Shown in pieces: positions 14,875-22,764 of a DNA stretch of 64,000 nt. A program made the position numbers and the translations under genes. Within the stretch, counting starts at the first letter, position 1. Every line of letters begins with the position of its first letter. Location: contig JAZQPJ010000034.1 in NCBI GenBank assembly GCA_045628525.1, positions 4,061-68,060 of the forward strand. The letters are read 5' to 3'. The DNA comes from Bacteroidales bacterium. Lineage in GTDB: Bacteria; Bacteroidota; Bacteroidia; Bacteroidales; UBA3663. Below the pieces are notes generated by a model, which saw only the letters and a program-made list of their open reading frames with translations, did not search any database and had not been told where the DNA came from.

Positions 14875-15160
14875 TGCAATAGTCCGACTTGGATCTGAGT
14901 CGGACTATTGCAGATCTGCAAAAGCATGTCGCAAGACAGAATATGTAATTGTAAATCTGCAGCAGTCCGACCTGGATCCAAGTCGGACTGCTGCGGCTCT
15001 TCAATAGTCCGACTTGATACCGTGTCGGACTGTCGCGCGTTTGCAATAGTCCGACTTGGTACCGTGTCGGACTGTCGCACGTTTGCAATAGTCCGACTTG
15101 GGTTCAGGTCGGACTGTCGCGCGTTTGCATTAGTCCGACTTGGGTTCAGGTCGGACTTTT
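14875..15160. repeat. Array of six palindromic units (AGTCCGAC-N10-GTCGGACT); the last four are in exact 42-bp register
   Basis: Left half-sites at 14881, 14964, 15006, 15048, 15090 and 15132. A conserved 16-bp linker GTCGCRCGTTTGCAAT separates units; the first two stems extend to 13-14 bp. Confidence 0.9.
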
Positions 15161-15255
15161 GTAAAACTTAAGTGCATTTAAACCTTCTAATACGATCATC
15201 GTCCTAAAGACAAAGAACGAAACTTGTATTATTAACACTTTAATACCTTAGAATT

Positions 15256-16047
15256 ATGAAGAAGATGTTCATGACCATGATGCTCGTCATCATCGCAGCC
15301 GCACAGGTATTCGCAATGTCAAACAGCAGCATCCGCCAGCACGCCCGTTTCCTGAGCGACCGCATGGCTTACGAGCTCGACCTGACTCCGTATCAGTACG
15401 ACGACGTGTATGAGATCAACTACGACTTCATCTACAGCATCGATCGCTATATGGACGATGTAGTTTATGGCTACCACGATGCCATCGAGCGCTACTATCG
15501 CTTGCTTGACTATCGCAACGAGGATCTGCGCTTCGTACTCAATGCGCGCCAGTATGCCAAGATGCTGACCCGCGACTACTTCTATCGTCCGGTGTATAGC
15601 AATGGCCGGAGCTGGTACTTCCGCATCTATACGATCTACAGCAACCGTAACTTCTTCTATTACGATGCACCAACCGTGTATAAGAGCTATCGCGGCGGTC
15701 ACTCGCAGGGCAGCTACAACCACAACTACTACAACCAGCGCCATCATCATGACAGCTACGGCCAGCAGTCGGCCATCCACGGCTCAAGCAGCTACCAGGA
15801 GCATGGTCGCAACGACTTCGGCGTAAACCGTCGCGAGCGTGGCAACAAGCACCAGAACGAGATCAACAACTACAACAACCACAACCAGCACAACCGCACC
15901 CAGGATCCTCGCTACCAGGATAATAGCGGCAACCACAATTCGCCACAGATCAATAACCGTGGGCAGCAGGGTGGCCAGGGCAAACCGCAGGACAGCAAGC
16001 AGGGCAATAGCCAGCAGGGCGGCGGTGCCAAGTCGGGAAGAAGATGA
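15256..16047 (+). CDS. Secreted protein with a conserved Tyr-rich N-terminal domain and a His/Asn/Gln/Gly-rich tail (paralog of 31673-32719)
   Basis: Signal peptide MKKMFMTMMLVIIAAAQVFA. About 125 aa align with the other copy (DRMAYEL.LTP.QY, MDDVVYGY, LDYRNEDLR). Confidence 0.8.
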   Translation: MKKMFMTMMLVIIAAAQVFAMSNSSIRQHARFLSDRMAYELDLTPYQYDDVYEINYDFIYSIDRYMDDVVYGYHDAIERYYRLLDYRNEDLRFVLNARQYAKMLTRDYFYRPVYSNGRSWYFRIYTIYSNRNFFYYDAPTVYKSYRGGHSQGSYNHNYYNQRHHHDSYGQQSAIHGSSSYQEHGRNDFGVNRRERGNKHQNEINNYNNHNQHNRTQDPRYQDNSGNHNSPQINNRGQQGGQGKPQDSKQGNSQQGGGAKSGRR

Positions 16048-16093
16048 GGGATTGAGGTGCGAACGCCTCAACACGATGGCTGAAAAATAAGAT

Positions 16094-16126
16094 GCCCCCT
16101 CGCTACAAATGGTGTGGCGAGGGGGC
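16094..16126. terminator. Bidirectional hairpin terminator (GCCCCCTCGC/GCGAGGGGGC)
   Basis: A 10-bp GC-rich perfect stem between convergent genes. Confidence 0.6.
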
Positions 16127-16127
16127 G

Positions 16128-16160
16128 TTGTCATGATTGTCAATTGTCATGATTGTCATT
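16128..16160. repeat. 16-bp tandem repeat GTCATGATTGTCAATT x2 (ATTGTCA sub-repeat)
   Basis: Direct reading; it lies just downstream of the SDR gene stop. Confidence 0.8.
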
Positions 16161-16194
16161 AAGCATTTGCCATTTAGCAGTTGCGCTCATGCAA

Positions 16195-17004
16195 TTACTT
16201 AGGCTGCTTGCCGATGTAGGCGAGGATGCCGCCATCGACGTAGAGCACATGGCCGTTGACAGCGTCAGAAGCCTTAGAGGCGAGGAAGACGGCTGGGCCA
16301 CCGAGCTCAGATGGGTCGAGCCAACGGCCGGCAGGGGTCTTAGCCACGATGAATGAGTCGAATGGGTGACGGCTACCATCTGGCTGACGCTCGCGGAGTG
16401 GTGCTGTCTGTGGGGTGGCGATGTAGCCAGGGCCGATGCCGTTGCACTGGATGTTGTACTCGCCATACTCTGAGCAGATGTTGCGGGTGAGCATCTTGAG
16501 GCCACCCTTGGCAGCTGCATAGGCGCTGACGGTTTCGCGGCCAAGCTCAGACATCATAGAGCAGATGTTGATGATCTTGCCTTCGCGACGCTCCATCATC
16601 TCGGGGAGCACGGCGCTGGCGCAGATGTATGGGGCCACGAGGTCGATGTCGATGACCTGCTGGAACTCGGCGCGCTTCATCTCGTGCATTGGGATGCGCT
16701 TGATGATGCCGGCGTTGTTGACGAGGATGTCGATCTGGCCGACCTCCTGGTGAACCTTCTCGACCAGGGCCTTGACGCCCTCTTCGTCGGTCACGTCGCA
16801 GACGTAGCCCTTGACGTTATCGATGCCTGCCTCCTTGTAGTTGGCAAGGCCGCGCTCGAGAGCTGCCTCGTTGATATCGTTGAAGATGATGGTCTTGGCA
16901 CCAGCGGCTACGAATGCCTTGGCGATGTTGAAACCGATGCCGTAAGATGCGCCGGTGATCCAGGCGTTCTTACCTTCGAGGGAGAATGCTTTCAATGATT
17001 CCAT
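16195..17004 (-). CDS. SDR-family oxidoreductase, gluconate 5-dehydrogenase / KduD-like
   Basis: TGASYGIG, NNAG and YAAAKGG motifs. The start was set at MESLKAF (ATG 17004). Confidence 0.85.
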   Translation of the reverse strand: MESLKAFSLEGKNAWITGASYGIGFNIAKAFVAAGAKTIIFNDINEAALERGLANYKEAGIDNVKGYVCDVTDEEGVKALVEKVHQEVGQIDILVNNAGIIKRIPMHEMKRAEFQQVIDIDLVAPYICASAVLPEMMERREGKIINICSMMSELGRETVSAYAAAKGGLKMLTRNICSEYGEYNIQCNGIGPGYIATPQTAPLRERQPDGSRHPFDSFIVAKTPAGRWLDPSELGGPAVFLASKASDAVNGHVLYVDGGILAYIGKQPK

Positions 17005-17038
17005 TTTGATAAGATTTATGATGTTAGTGGATGATTGT

Positions 17039-17079
17039 TTCGAGGTTTCGATAATTCGAGGTTTCGATGCTTCGAGGGG
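17039..17079. repeat. 16-bp tandem repeat TTCGAGGTTTCGATRM x2.5 in the LacI-SDR spacer
   Basis: Direct reading; related to the TTYGARG family. Confidence 0.8.
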
Positions 17080-17083
17080 AAAC

Positions 17084-18109
17084 TCAGATGGCACTTTCGC
17101 GCAGGATCAGATCGTGGTTGACGATGAGGTGCGCCGGGTGCTGCGTCTCGTCCTCGATTTCGCCGAGGCGGCTGAGCAGGAGGGTGGCTGCCATCTCGCC
17201 GATGCGCTGCTGATGCAGGTCGAACGAGGTGAGGGGTGTGGACAGATAATTGTCGAAGGGCTCGTTGGCCACGCCGATGATGGCGATGTCCCGGGGCACG
17301 TTGAGGCCCTTGCGGCGGAAGAGGTCGATGGCGGTGATGGCCGGGAAGTCGCCGGCCGAGAAGATGGCATCGGGACGATCCTGCATGGTGAGGATGCTCT
17401 GTGCGGCTTCGGTTCCTGCCTCGATGGTGATGGTGTTGCTGAACAGCCACTCGGGGCGGCATTCAAGGTCGAGATCTGCAAGCGCCTTGCAGTAGCCGTT
17501 GTAGCGGTCGGCATACGCCTTCTGGGCGAGAGGGCCGGCGAAGTGTCCGATCTTGCGGCATCCAAGCTTGTAGAGTTGCTGCACGGCATCGTAGCCTATC
17601 TGGAAGTTGTCGTTGGTCACCGAATCGGTGTCCTGCTGGGTGGCAGGCAGACGGTCGAAATAGACGAGCGGAATCTTGTGCTGGGCAAGGAGCGTCTCGT
17701 AGATGGGGTTCTGTGTCCTGGCCGAGAGTGAGAGGGCGATGCCATCGACCTTCTTCGAGATAAGGGCCTTGATGGCGTTTTCCTCCTGCTCCTGGCTCTC
17801 GTTGCTGGCAGCGATGATGACCTGGTAGCCGTACTTGTCGGCCATCTTCTGGAACGAACTGATGATGGTGGCAAAGAAGTTGCGGTCGATACGAGGCACC
17901 ACGATGCCGAGGACATTGCCTTTGCCCGTGCGCAGGTGGTGAGCTACAGGGTCGGGGATGTAATTGAGTTCCTTGGCCAGCTTCTGCACGGCTTGTCGCA
18001 TCTTGAGGCTGATGCGTGGATTGTTCTGCAGGGCGCGTGACACGGTCGAGGCCGTGGTGTGAAGCTGCTGCGCCAGATCGTAGATGGTCACTTTGCCATT
18101 CTCGCTCAT
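17084..18109 (-). CDS. LacI-family transcriptional regulator
   Basis: N-terminal HTH VTIYDLAQQLHTTASTVSRALQN plus a periplasmic-binding-protein-like sugar-binding core. Confidence 0.9.
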   Translation of the reverse strand: MSENGKVTIYDLAQQLHTTASTVSRALQNNPRISLKMRQAVQKLAKELNYIPDPVAHHLRTGKGNVLGIVVPRIDRNFFATIISSFQKMADKYGYQVIIAASNESQEQEENAIKALISKKVDGIALSLSARTQNPIYETLLAQHKIPLVYFDRLPATQQDTDSVTNDNFQIGYDAVQQLYKLGCRKIGHFAGPLAQKAYADRYNGYCKALADLDLECRPEWLFSNTITIEAGTEAAQSILTMQDRPDAIFSAGDFPAITAIDLFRRKGLNVPRDIAIIGVANEPFDNYLSTPLTSFDLHQQRIGEMAATLLLSRLGEIEDETQHPAHLIVNHDLILRESAI

Positions 18110-18172
18110 GGGTGTATAAGATGTTTGGTTGGTTGTCTTAGGTGTTAATATGTAATTTCGACTTGCCGAATT

Positions 18173-18187
18173 GTGTCAAATCGACAC
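18173..18187. promoter_or_regulatory. Candidate LacI-type operator GTGTCAAATCGACAC
   Basis: A 5+5 bp inverted repeat immediately downstream of the -7 box of the lacI-family gene. Confidence 0.3.
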
Positions 18188-18189
18188 CG

Positions 18190-18197
18190 CAAAGTTA
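18190..18197 (-). promoter_or_regulatory. -7 promoter box (TAACTTTG) for the LacI-SDR unit
   Basis: Matches TAnnTTTG about 80 nt upstream of ATG 18109. Confidence 0.4.
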
Positions 18198-18309
18198 AAC
18201 CATTATTTCTTTTTTTGCAAATTTTTGAGCAAAAAAATGCGCAACGAGTATTATTTTGTTGCATAAAGAGACGAAAACAGCGATTTTGACGCGCAATTGA
18301 TTGTGCAAA

Positions 18310-19236
18310 TCACACCAACGCAGCGTGGCATCGGGCAATGTAGCCAGGCGCGAACCATTGCTGGCAGAGGGGTTGTGGCTGGGCAAAGATGCCGAACAGC
18401 GCCGAACCCGAACCCGACATGCTGGCATAGAGGGCACCGTGCTGATAGAGCAGATCCTTGGCTTGCTGCAGCTCGGGATGCAGGGGGAAGACGGAGGTCT
18501 CGAAGTCATTGCGCACACAATCCTTCCACTGGGTGAGCGGACGCTGGAGCAGGTCGCACAGGTCGATGGCCGGCTGCTGCGGATGCACATTGCTGTAGGC
18601 CTCCTTGGTGCTCACACCGAACGGCGGCTTGACCACCACGATGTGATAGCCCAGCAGGGTGAGGGGGTGGGGTTGGAGCTCGTGGCCGATGCCTTCGCAA
18701 TACTGAGCCACCATGCGGCCATCGTTGCACGCCGTGTTGTAGAGGCTGCCGCAACGGCAGAAGAAGGCGCAGTCGGCACCCATGCCGGCAGCCAGGGCTT
18801 CGAGTTCGGCATCGGTGATGTCGAGCTGGAACATGTGACGCAACATGAGCAGGGCATGGGCACCGTCGCTGCTGCCACCGCCCAAGCCGGCACCGAAGGG
18901 TACCTCCTTCTGCAAGTGCATATCGACGGCAGGCAAGTCGGGGTAGCGCTCCTGGAGCAGACGGTAAGCCTTGACGCAGAGGTTCAGCTCAGGATCACAA
19001 TTGACCTGGATGCCCGTCTGGAACCATCGGATGCGGCCATCGGCCGTGGTTTGGAAAGTGCTCTGTGGCAATGCCTCGCCCTGCAGGCGGATCTCGAGGG
19101 CATCGCGCCAGTCGATGGGGTAGAAGAGCGTCTGCAGGATGTGGTAGCCATCAGGGCGGCGACGTGTGACGAAGAGGCCGAGGTTGATCTTGGCTTGCGG
19201 GAAGAGGATTTCCTTGTCGGCAGGAGTTGCGTTCAT
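18310..19236 (-). CDS. ispE: 4-(cytidine 5'-diphospho)-2-C-methyl-D-erythritol kinase
   Basis: GHMP kinase motif PFGAGLGGGSSDGA and N-terminal AKINLGLFV. The start was set at MNATPADK because a -7 box lies in the longer ORF. Confidence 0.9.
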   Translation of the reverse strand: MNATPADKEILFPQAKINLGLFVTRRRPDGYHILQTLFYPIDWRDALEIRLQGEALPQSTFQTTADGRIRWFQTGIQVNCDPELNLCVKAYRLLQERYPDLPAVDMHLQKEVPFGAGLGGGSSDGAHALLMLRHMFQLDITDAELEALAAGMGADCAFFCRCGSLYNTACNDGRMVAQYCEGIGHELQPHPLTLLGYHIVVVKPPFGVSTKEAYSNVHPQQPAIDLCDLLQRPLTQWKDCVRNDFETSVFPLHPELQQAKDLLYQHGALYASMSGSGSALFGIFAQPQPLCQQWFAPGYIARCHAALV

Positions 19237-19272
19237 AATATTATATTTAATGTGTATGACATTTTTGCGCTG

Positions 19273-19280
19273 CAAAGATA
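19273..19280 (-). promoter_or_regulatory. -7 promoter box (TATCTTTG) for ispE
   Basis: Matches TAnnTTTG about 37 nt upstream of ATG 19236. Confidence 0.5.
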
Positions 19281-19441
19281 ATCATTTTAGTCGAATAATA
19301 GAAAAGAATTGACAAAAAACTTAAGATTGACCCCGAAAAACGGCATCACGAAGTCGAAATGCTTTGACATTTTGTCGTGGCACGGAGTTTGCAAGGCGTT
19401 GATCGTAAAACAAACAACCCGAAAATAATAAAACAGACAAT

Positions 19442-20026
19442 ATGGAACAGAACGAAAACAAGAACTACGAGGAGCCAATCAACGAGGCCCAGGATCAGGA
19501 AACCGCCAACGAGCAGGACAACGTGAACAACCCAGAGGAGAGCGCCGAAGAGAAAAAGGAACAAAACCCTGAAGAGAAGCTCGAAGCCCTAGAAGCCGAG
19601 CTGGCTGCGATGAAGGACAAGTACCTGCGCCAGGCAGCCGAGTTTGACAACTACCGCAAGCGCACCATCCAGGAGAAGGCCGACTTGCTGAAGTATGGCG
19701 CACAGAAGGCCGTAGAGGCGCTGTTGCCTGTGGTTGACGACATCGAGCGTGCCATGCAGCACATCGAGAAGGCAGAGGACGTAGAGAGCGTGAAGGAGGG
19801 CATGACGTTGATCTACCAGAAGTTTCAGAAATATCTGGAGCAGCAGCAGGTTTCAGTCATCCCTGCAAGCCAAGGCGACGACTTCGACGACAGCATCCAT
19901 GAAGCTGTCACCATGTTTCCGGCACCCGATCCATCACTTAAGGGTAAGGTTGTCGATTGCGTTACGAAGGGCTACAAGTTGTATGACAAGGTGGTTCGTT
20001 TCGCGAAAGTAGTAGTGGGACAATAA
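19442..20026 (+). CDS. grpE: Nucleotide exchange factor GrpE
   Basis: Acidic N-terminus, a coiled-coil ([17 protein letters not shown]) and a C-terminal beta domain. Confidence 0.95.
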   Translation: MEQNENKNYEEPINEAQDQETANEQDNVNNPEESAEEKKEQNPEEKLEALEAELAAMKDKYLRQAAEFDNYRKRTIQEKADLLKYGAQKAVEALLPVVDDIERAMQHIEKAEDVESVKEGMTLIYQKFQKYLEQQQVSVIPASQGDDFDDSIHEAVTMFPAPDPSLKGKVVDCVTKGYKLYDKVVRFAKVVVGQ

Positions 20027-20030
20027 TTTT

Positions 20031-21110
20031 ATGGCAAAGAGAGATTACTATGAGGTGCTAGGTCTTCAGAAGGGAGCAAGCACCGACGAAATAAAGAAAG
20101 CCTACCGCAAGTTGGCTATAAAATGGCACCCAGACAGGTGGCAACAGGCCAGTGATGCCGAGAAGAAGACCGCTGAGGAGAATTTCAAGGAGCTGGCAGA
20201 GGCCTATGGTGTGCTGAGCGACGACAACAAGCGTGCACGCTACGATCAGTTTGGCCATGCCGGCATGAGCGGATCGGGCTTCGGAGGTGCAGGTGGCGGT
20301 GGCGGTTTTGGCGGCTTCGGTGCCGACTTTGACCCAATGGACATCTTCAATGCCTTCTTTGGCGGCGGTGCACGTGGCGGTCGTGGCGGCCGCACCTATA
20401 CCTATACCAACATGGGTGGCAACCCCTTTGGCGGTGGCGGTTTCGGTGGTTTTGCCGATGCCTTCAGCGGTGGTTTCGGCCGTCAGGCGGTGAAGGGGCA
20501 GGACTTGAATATCACGCTGAAAGTTACCCTCGATGAGGTGGTGAACGGCGTGGAGAAGAAGGTCAAGATACGTCACACTGTGGCCGATGCCAATGGCGAG
20601 GTGCGCCAGATAGAGGACATCATCCCCATCAAACTGCCAAAGGGCGTGATGGAGGGTCAGAAGTTCAAGGCCAAGGGCAAGGGCAATGCGGCTCCTGGCG
20701 GCCAGGGTGAACCGGGCGACCTCATCGTCAACATCGAGGAGGTGCCACATCATGAACTGTTGCGCGACAAGGAGGATCTGGTGTACAACCTCGTCATCTC
20801 GTTCCCCACGGCAGCACTGGGTGGCCCTGTGGAGATTCCGACGCTTAATGGACGTGTGCGCATCACCATCCCAGCCGGCACACAGCCAGGCAAGATGTTG
20901 CGCCTGAAGGGCAAGGGGTTGCCAACCAACGGTGGTGCATCGACAGGCGATATGATTGTGAATATTCTTGTTTATGTGCCTGAGAACTTGACAAAAGAAG
21001 AAAGAAAGGCTATTGAATGCCTTGCCAGCGGCAAGAATTGTGAACCGAATGAGGAAAAGCGTCAATCGCTCTTCTCAAAACTTAAGTGGTTCTTCACCAA
21101 ACATGAGTGA
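20031..21110 (+). CDS. J-domain co-chaperone, class II (CbpA/DnaJB-like): J domain + G/F region + CTD I/II but no zinc-finger domain
   Basis: DYYEVLG...HPDR J domain and a G/F-rich stretch. There are no CxxCxGxG repeats anywhere in the 359 aa. Confidence 0.85.
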   Translation: MAKRDYYEVLGLQKGASTDEIKKAYRKLAIKWHPDRWQQASDAEKKTAEENFKELAEAYGVLSDDNKRARYDQFGHAGMSGSGFGGAGGGGGFGGFGADFDPMDIFNAFFGGGARGGRGGRTYTYTNMGGNPFGGGGFGGFADAFSGGFGRQAVKGQDLNITLKVTLDEVVNGVEKKVKIRHTVADANGEVRQIEDIIPIKLPKGVMEGQKFKAKGKGNAAPGGQGEPGDLIVNIEEVPHHELLRDKEDLVYNLVISFPTAALGGPVEIPTLNGRVRITIPAGTQPGKMLRLKGKGLPTNGGASTGDMIVNILVYVPENLTKEERKAIECLASGKNCEPNEEKRQSLFSKLKWFFTKHE

Positions 21111-21147
21111 TTGTATAATTCATAATTGAAAAATCATAATATCACGT

Positions 21148-21402
21148 ATGAAAGAATTGATTTACCCAACACAGGGCACTTGCAGCAAAGCAATCCGTGT
21201 GGTGCTGAACGACGAGAATGTCATCGAGGAGGTACAGTTTGTAGGCGGCTGCCACGGCAACACGCAAGGCATCTGCGCCCTGGTCAAAGGCCAGAAAGCT
21301 GAGGATATTATCGGCCGCGTGAAGGGCATCTCGTGCAACGGGCGACCCACCTCATGTCCCGACCAGCTCTCGATAGCGTTGACACAGGCAATGGCAAAAT
21401 AA
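21148..21402 (+). CDS. TSCPD-domain small protein (TIGR03905-like)
   Basis: 84 aa with the GGCHGN and TSCPDQL motifs. Confidence 0.8.
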   Translation: MKELIYPTQGTCSKAIRVVLNDENVIEEVQFVGGCHGNTQGICALVKGQKAEDIIGRVKGISCNGRPTSCPDQLSIALTQAMAK

Positions 21403-21423
21403 GTTTGCATATTTATTAAAAAA

Positions 21424-21466
21424 ACGTCGATTTAGGATAAAAATGACTAAATCGACGCTTTTTTTT
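21424..21466 (+). terminator. Rho-independent terminator
   Basis: Stem ACGTCGATTTAG/CTAAATCGACG followed by T8. Confidence 0.8.
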
Positions 21467-21498
21467 GTTAAATGATTGGAGGATTGATAAATTTTATT

Positions 21499-21506
21499 TA
21501 TCTTTG
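21499..21506 (+). promoter_or_regulatory. -7 promoter box (TATCTTTG) only 4 nt before ATG 21511 (leaderless or near-leaderless mRNA)
   Basis: Matches TAnnTTTG; the geometry implies a TSS at or next to the start codon. Confidence 0.35.
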
Positions 21507-21510
21507 CAGC

Positions 21511-22491
21511 ATGAATAATCGTAGAATTCTGCTGTTAGCCATCACAGTATTGATCATAAATTTCAGTTTTCGAACAAAAGCAGACGTAGTGCCACAGGTT
21601 CACCGCGACATTCATCGTATCCTTCAGGATGAGATGAGCGATTCGCAGCTCTTTCAGGCAATGGTTGACTCCGTGAACAGTACGCAGGAACCAGGAGAAT
21701 TTGTTGATTTGTTTTCGACCAACGATTTCTATGCCGTTTGGAGCAATAATTATGTGAATCCGCTGCTCGATATGAACGGACAGACGATTCCCAATTCAAC
21801 GGATATTGACCTCACCGGTTTTGTTGCTCCTGTTGTAGGCCCTATCACGTCGCCTTATGGCTGGCGTCGCCGTCGTATGCATAAGGGTGAAGATATAGGA
21901 TTGCATACTGGTGATACCGTGCGAGCTGCCTTCGATGGACGTGTCCGCATTAAGCGTTACGAGCGTCGTGGCTATGGATACTATTATGTGATTCGACATG
22001 CTAATAATCTTGAGACAATCTATGGTCACCTGTCACGTCAGTTGGTACAGGAGGGAGACTATGTAAAGGCCGGACAAGCAATCGGGTTGGGAGGAAGTAC
22101 AGGACGAAGCACCGGACCACACCTGCATTTTGAAATGCGTTTCATGGGAATCGCCCTTGACCCTTCAGATTTGATTGACTTCGAAAATTATAAGCCAAGG
22201 ATGCAGGTTTATCATTTCGACAAGAAACACGCTGAGTGGGCGCAAGACAATAAAGGCAAGCGTGGAGCTGGAAGTGGTCCTGGCAAGACAAGCGCATCGA
22301 CAACCCAGAAATCAACGACTTCAAGCAAGGGAACAAGCGGCTCGGGTGGTAGTGTTCATCGCGTCAAGCAAGGTGACACACTCAGCAGCATTGCCCGAAG
22401 GTATGGCACTACTGTATCGCGTCTATGCAAGCTGAACGGCATTAAAGCTAACAAGGTTTTGCAGCTAGGTGAAAAGATACGTTACAAGTGA
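21511..22491 (+). CDS. M23 family metallopeptidase with a C-terminal LysM domain
   Basis: HKGEDIG ... HLHFEM M23 motifs and LysM HRVKQGDTLSSIARRYGTTVSRLCKLNG. Confidence 0.9.
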   Translation: MNNRRILLLAITVLIINFSFRTKADVVPQVHRDIHRILQDEMSDSQLFQAMVDSVNSTQEPGEFVDLFSTNDFYAVWSNNYVNPLLDMNGQTIPNSTDIDLTGFVAPVVGPITSPYGWRRRRMHKGEDIGLHTGDTVRAAFDGRVRIKRYERRGYGYYYVIRHANNLETIYGHLSRQLVQEGDYVKAGQAIGLGGSTGRSTGPHLHFEMRFMGIALDPSDLIDFENYKPRMQVYHFDKKHAEWAQDNKGKRGAGSGPGKTSASTTQKSTTSSKGTSGSGGSVHRVKQGDTLSSIARRYGTTVSRLCKLNGIKANKVLQLGEKIRYK

Positions 22492-22533
22492 ATCGGTCAT
22501 GTAAGAAAAAACAATTGTTAACAAACTTCGAAT

Positions 22534-22713
22534 ATGGATCCAATTGATGTTGCGCAGAAAGTGCTGCGTGTTTTGTTTTACATTTTCGTAGGTATAGCCC
22601 TCTATGGCTTTATTACAGATCACTTTTACAATACGCCAAATACTTACTGGATCTGGTCAGGTCTTGGAGCAATCGGAACTTCTGTCATTCGATTCTTCCT
22701 TCGATTTATTTGA
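22534..22713 (+). CDS. Candidate small membrane protein (59 aa, two hydrophobic helices)
   Basis: An ATG..TGA ORF below the track cutoff: MDPIDVAQKVLRVLFYIFVGIALYGFITDHFYNTPNTYWIWSGLGAIGTSVIRFFLRFI. Confidence 0.4.
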   Translation: MDPIDVAQKVLRVLFYIFVGIALYGFITDHFYNTPNTYWIWSGLGAIGTSVIRFFLRFI

Positions 22714-22764
22714 GATGGGATGATTGTTGACACCAATCGGCTCTTTATGAATTGGTAAACTGCT

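Noticed and set aside
14875-15160. Possible CRISPR array (regularly spaced palindromic repeats)
   Set aside because: The 16-bp sequence between palindromes is itself conserved, so there are no unique spacers. The unit length of 42 bp is too short for repeat plus spacer. No cas genes or leader are present in the window. The same reasoning applies to 39738-39975 and 53653-54090.
14787-15171. ORFs 14787-15080(-), 14870-15088(-) and 14908-15171(+) encoding 14-aa repeat proteins
   Set aside because: They are open simultaneously in several frames and on both strands only because the DNA is a 42-bp (3 x 14) tandem repeat. There is no promoter or start context and the composition is implausible. The same applies to 39712-40017(+), 39719-39952(-), 39730-39939(-) and 53508-54125(-), which also overlap neighbouring gene ends.
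19309-19338. Sigma-32-like heat-shock promoter upstream of grpE (TTGACA-N16-CCCCGAAA)
   Set aside because: The resemblance to CTTGAAA-N13-15-CCCCATNT is loose. Bacteroidetes are not known to use an RpoH-type factor, and it cannot be supported from sequence alone.
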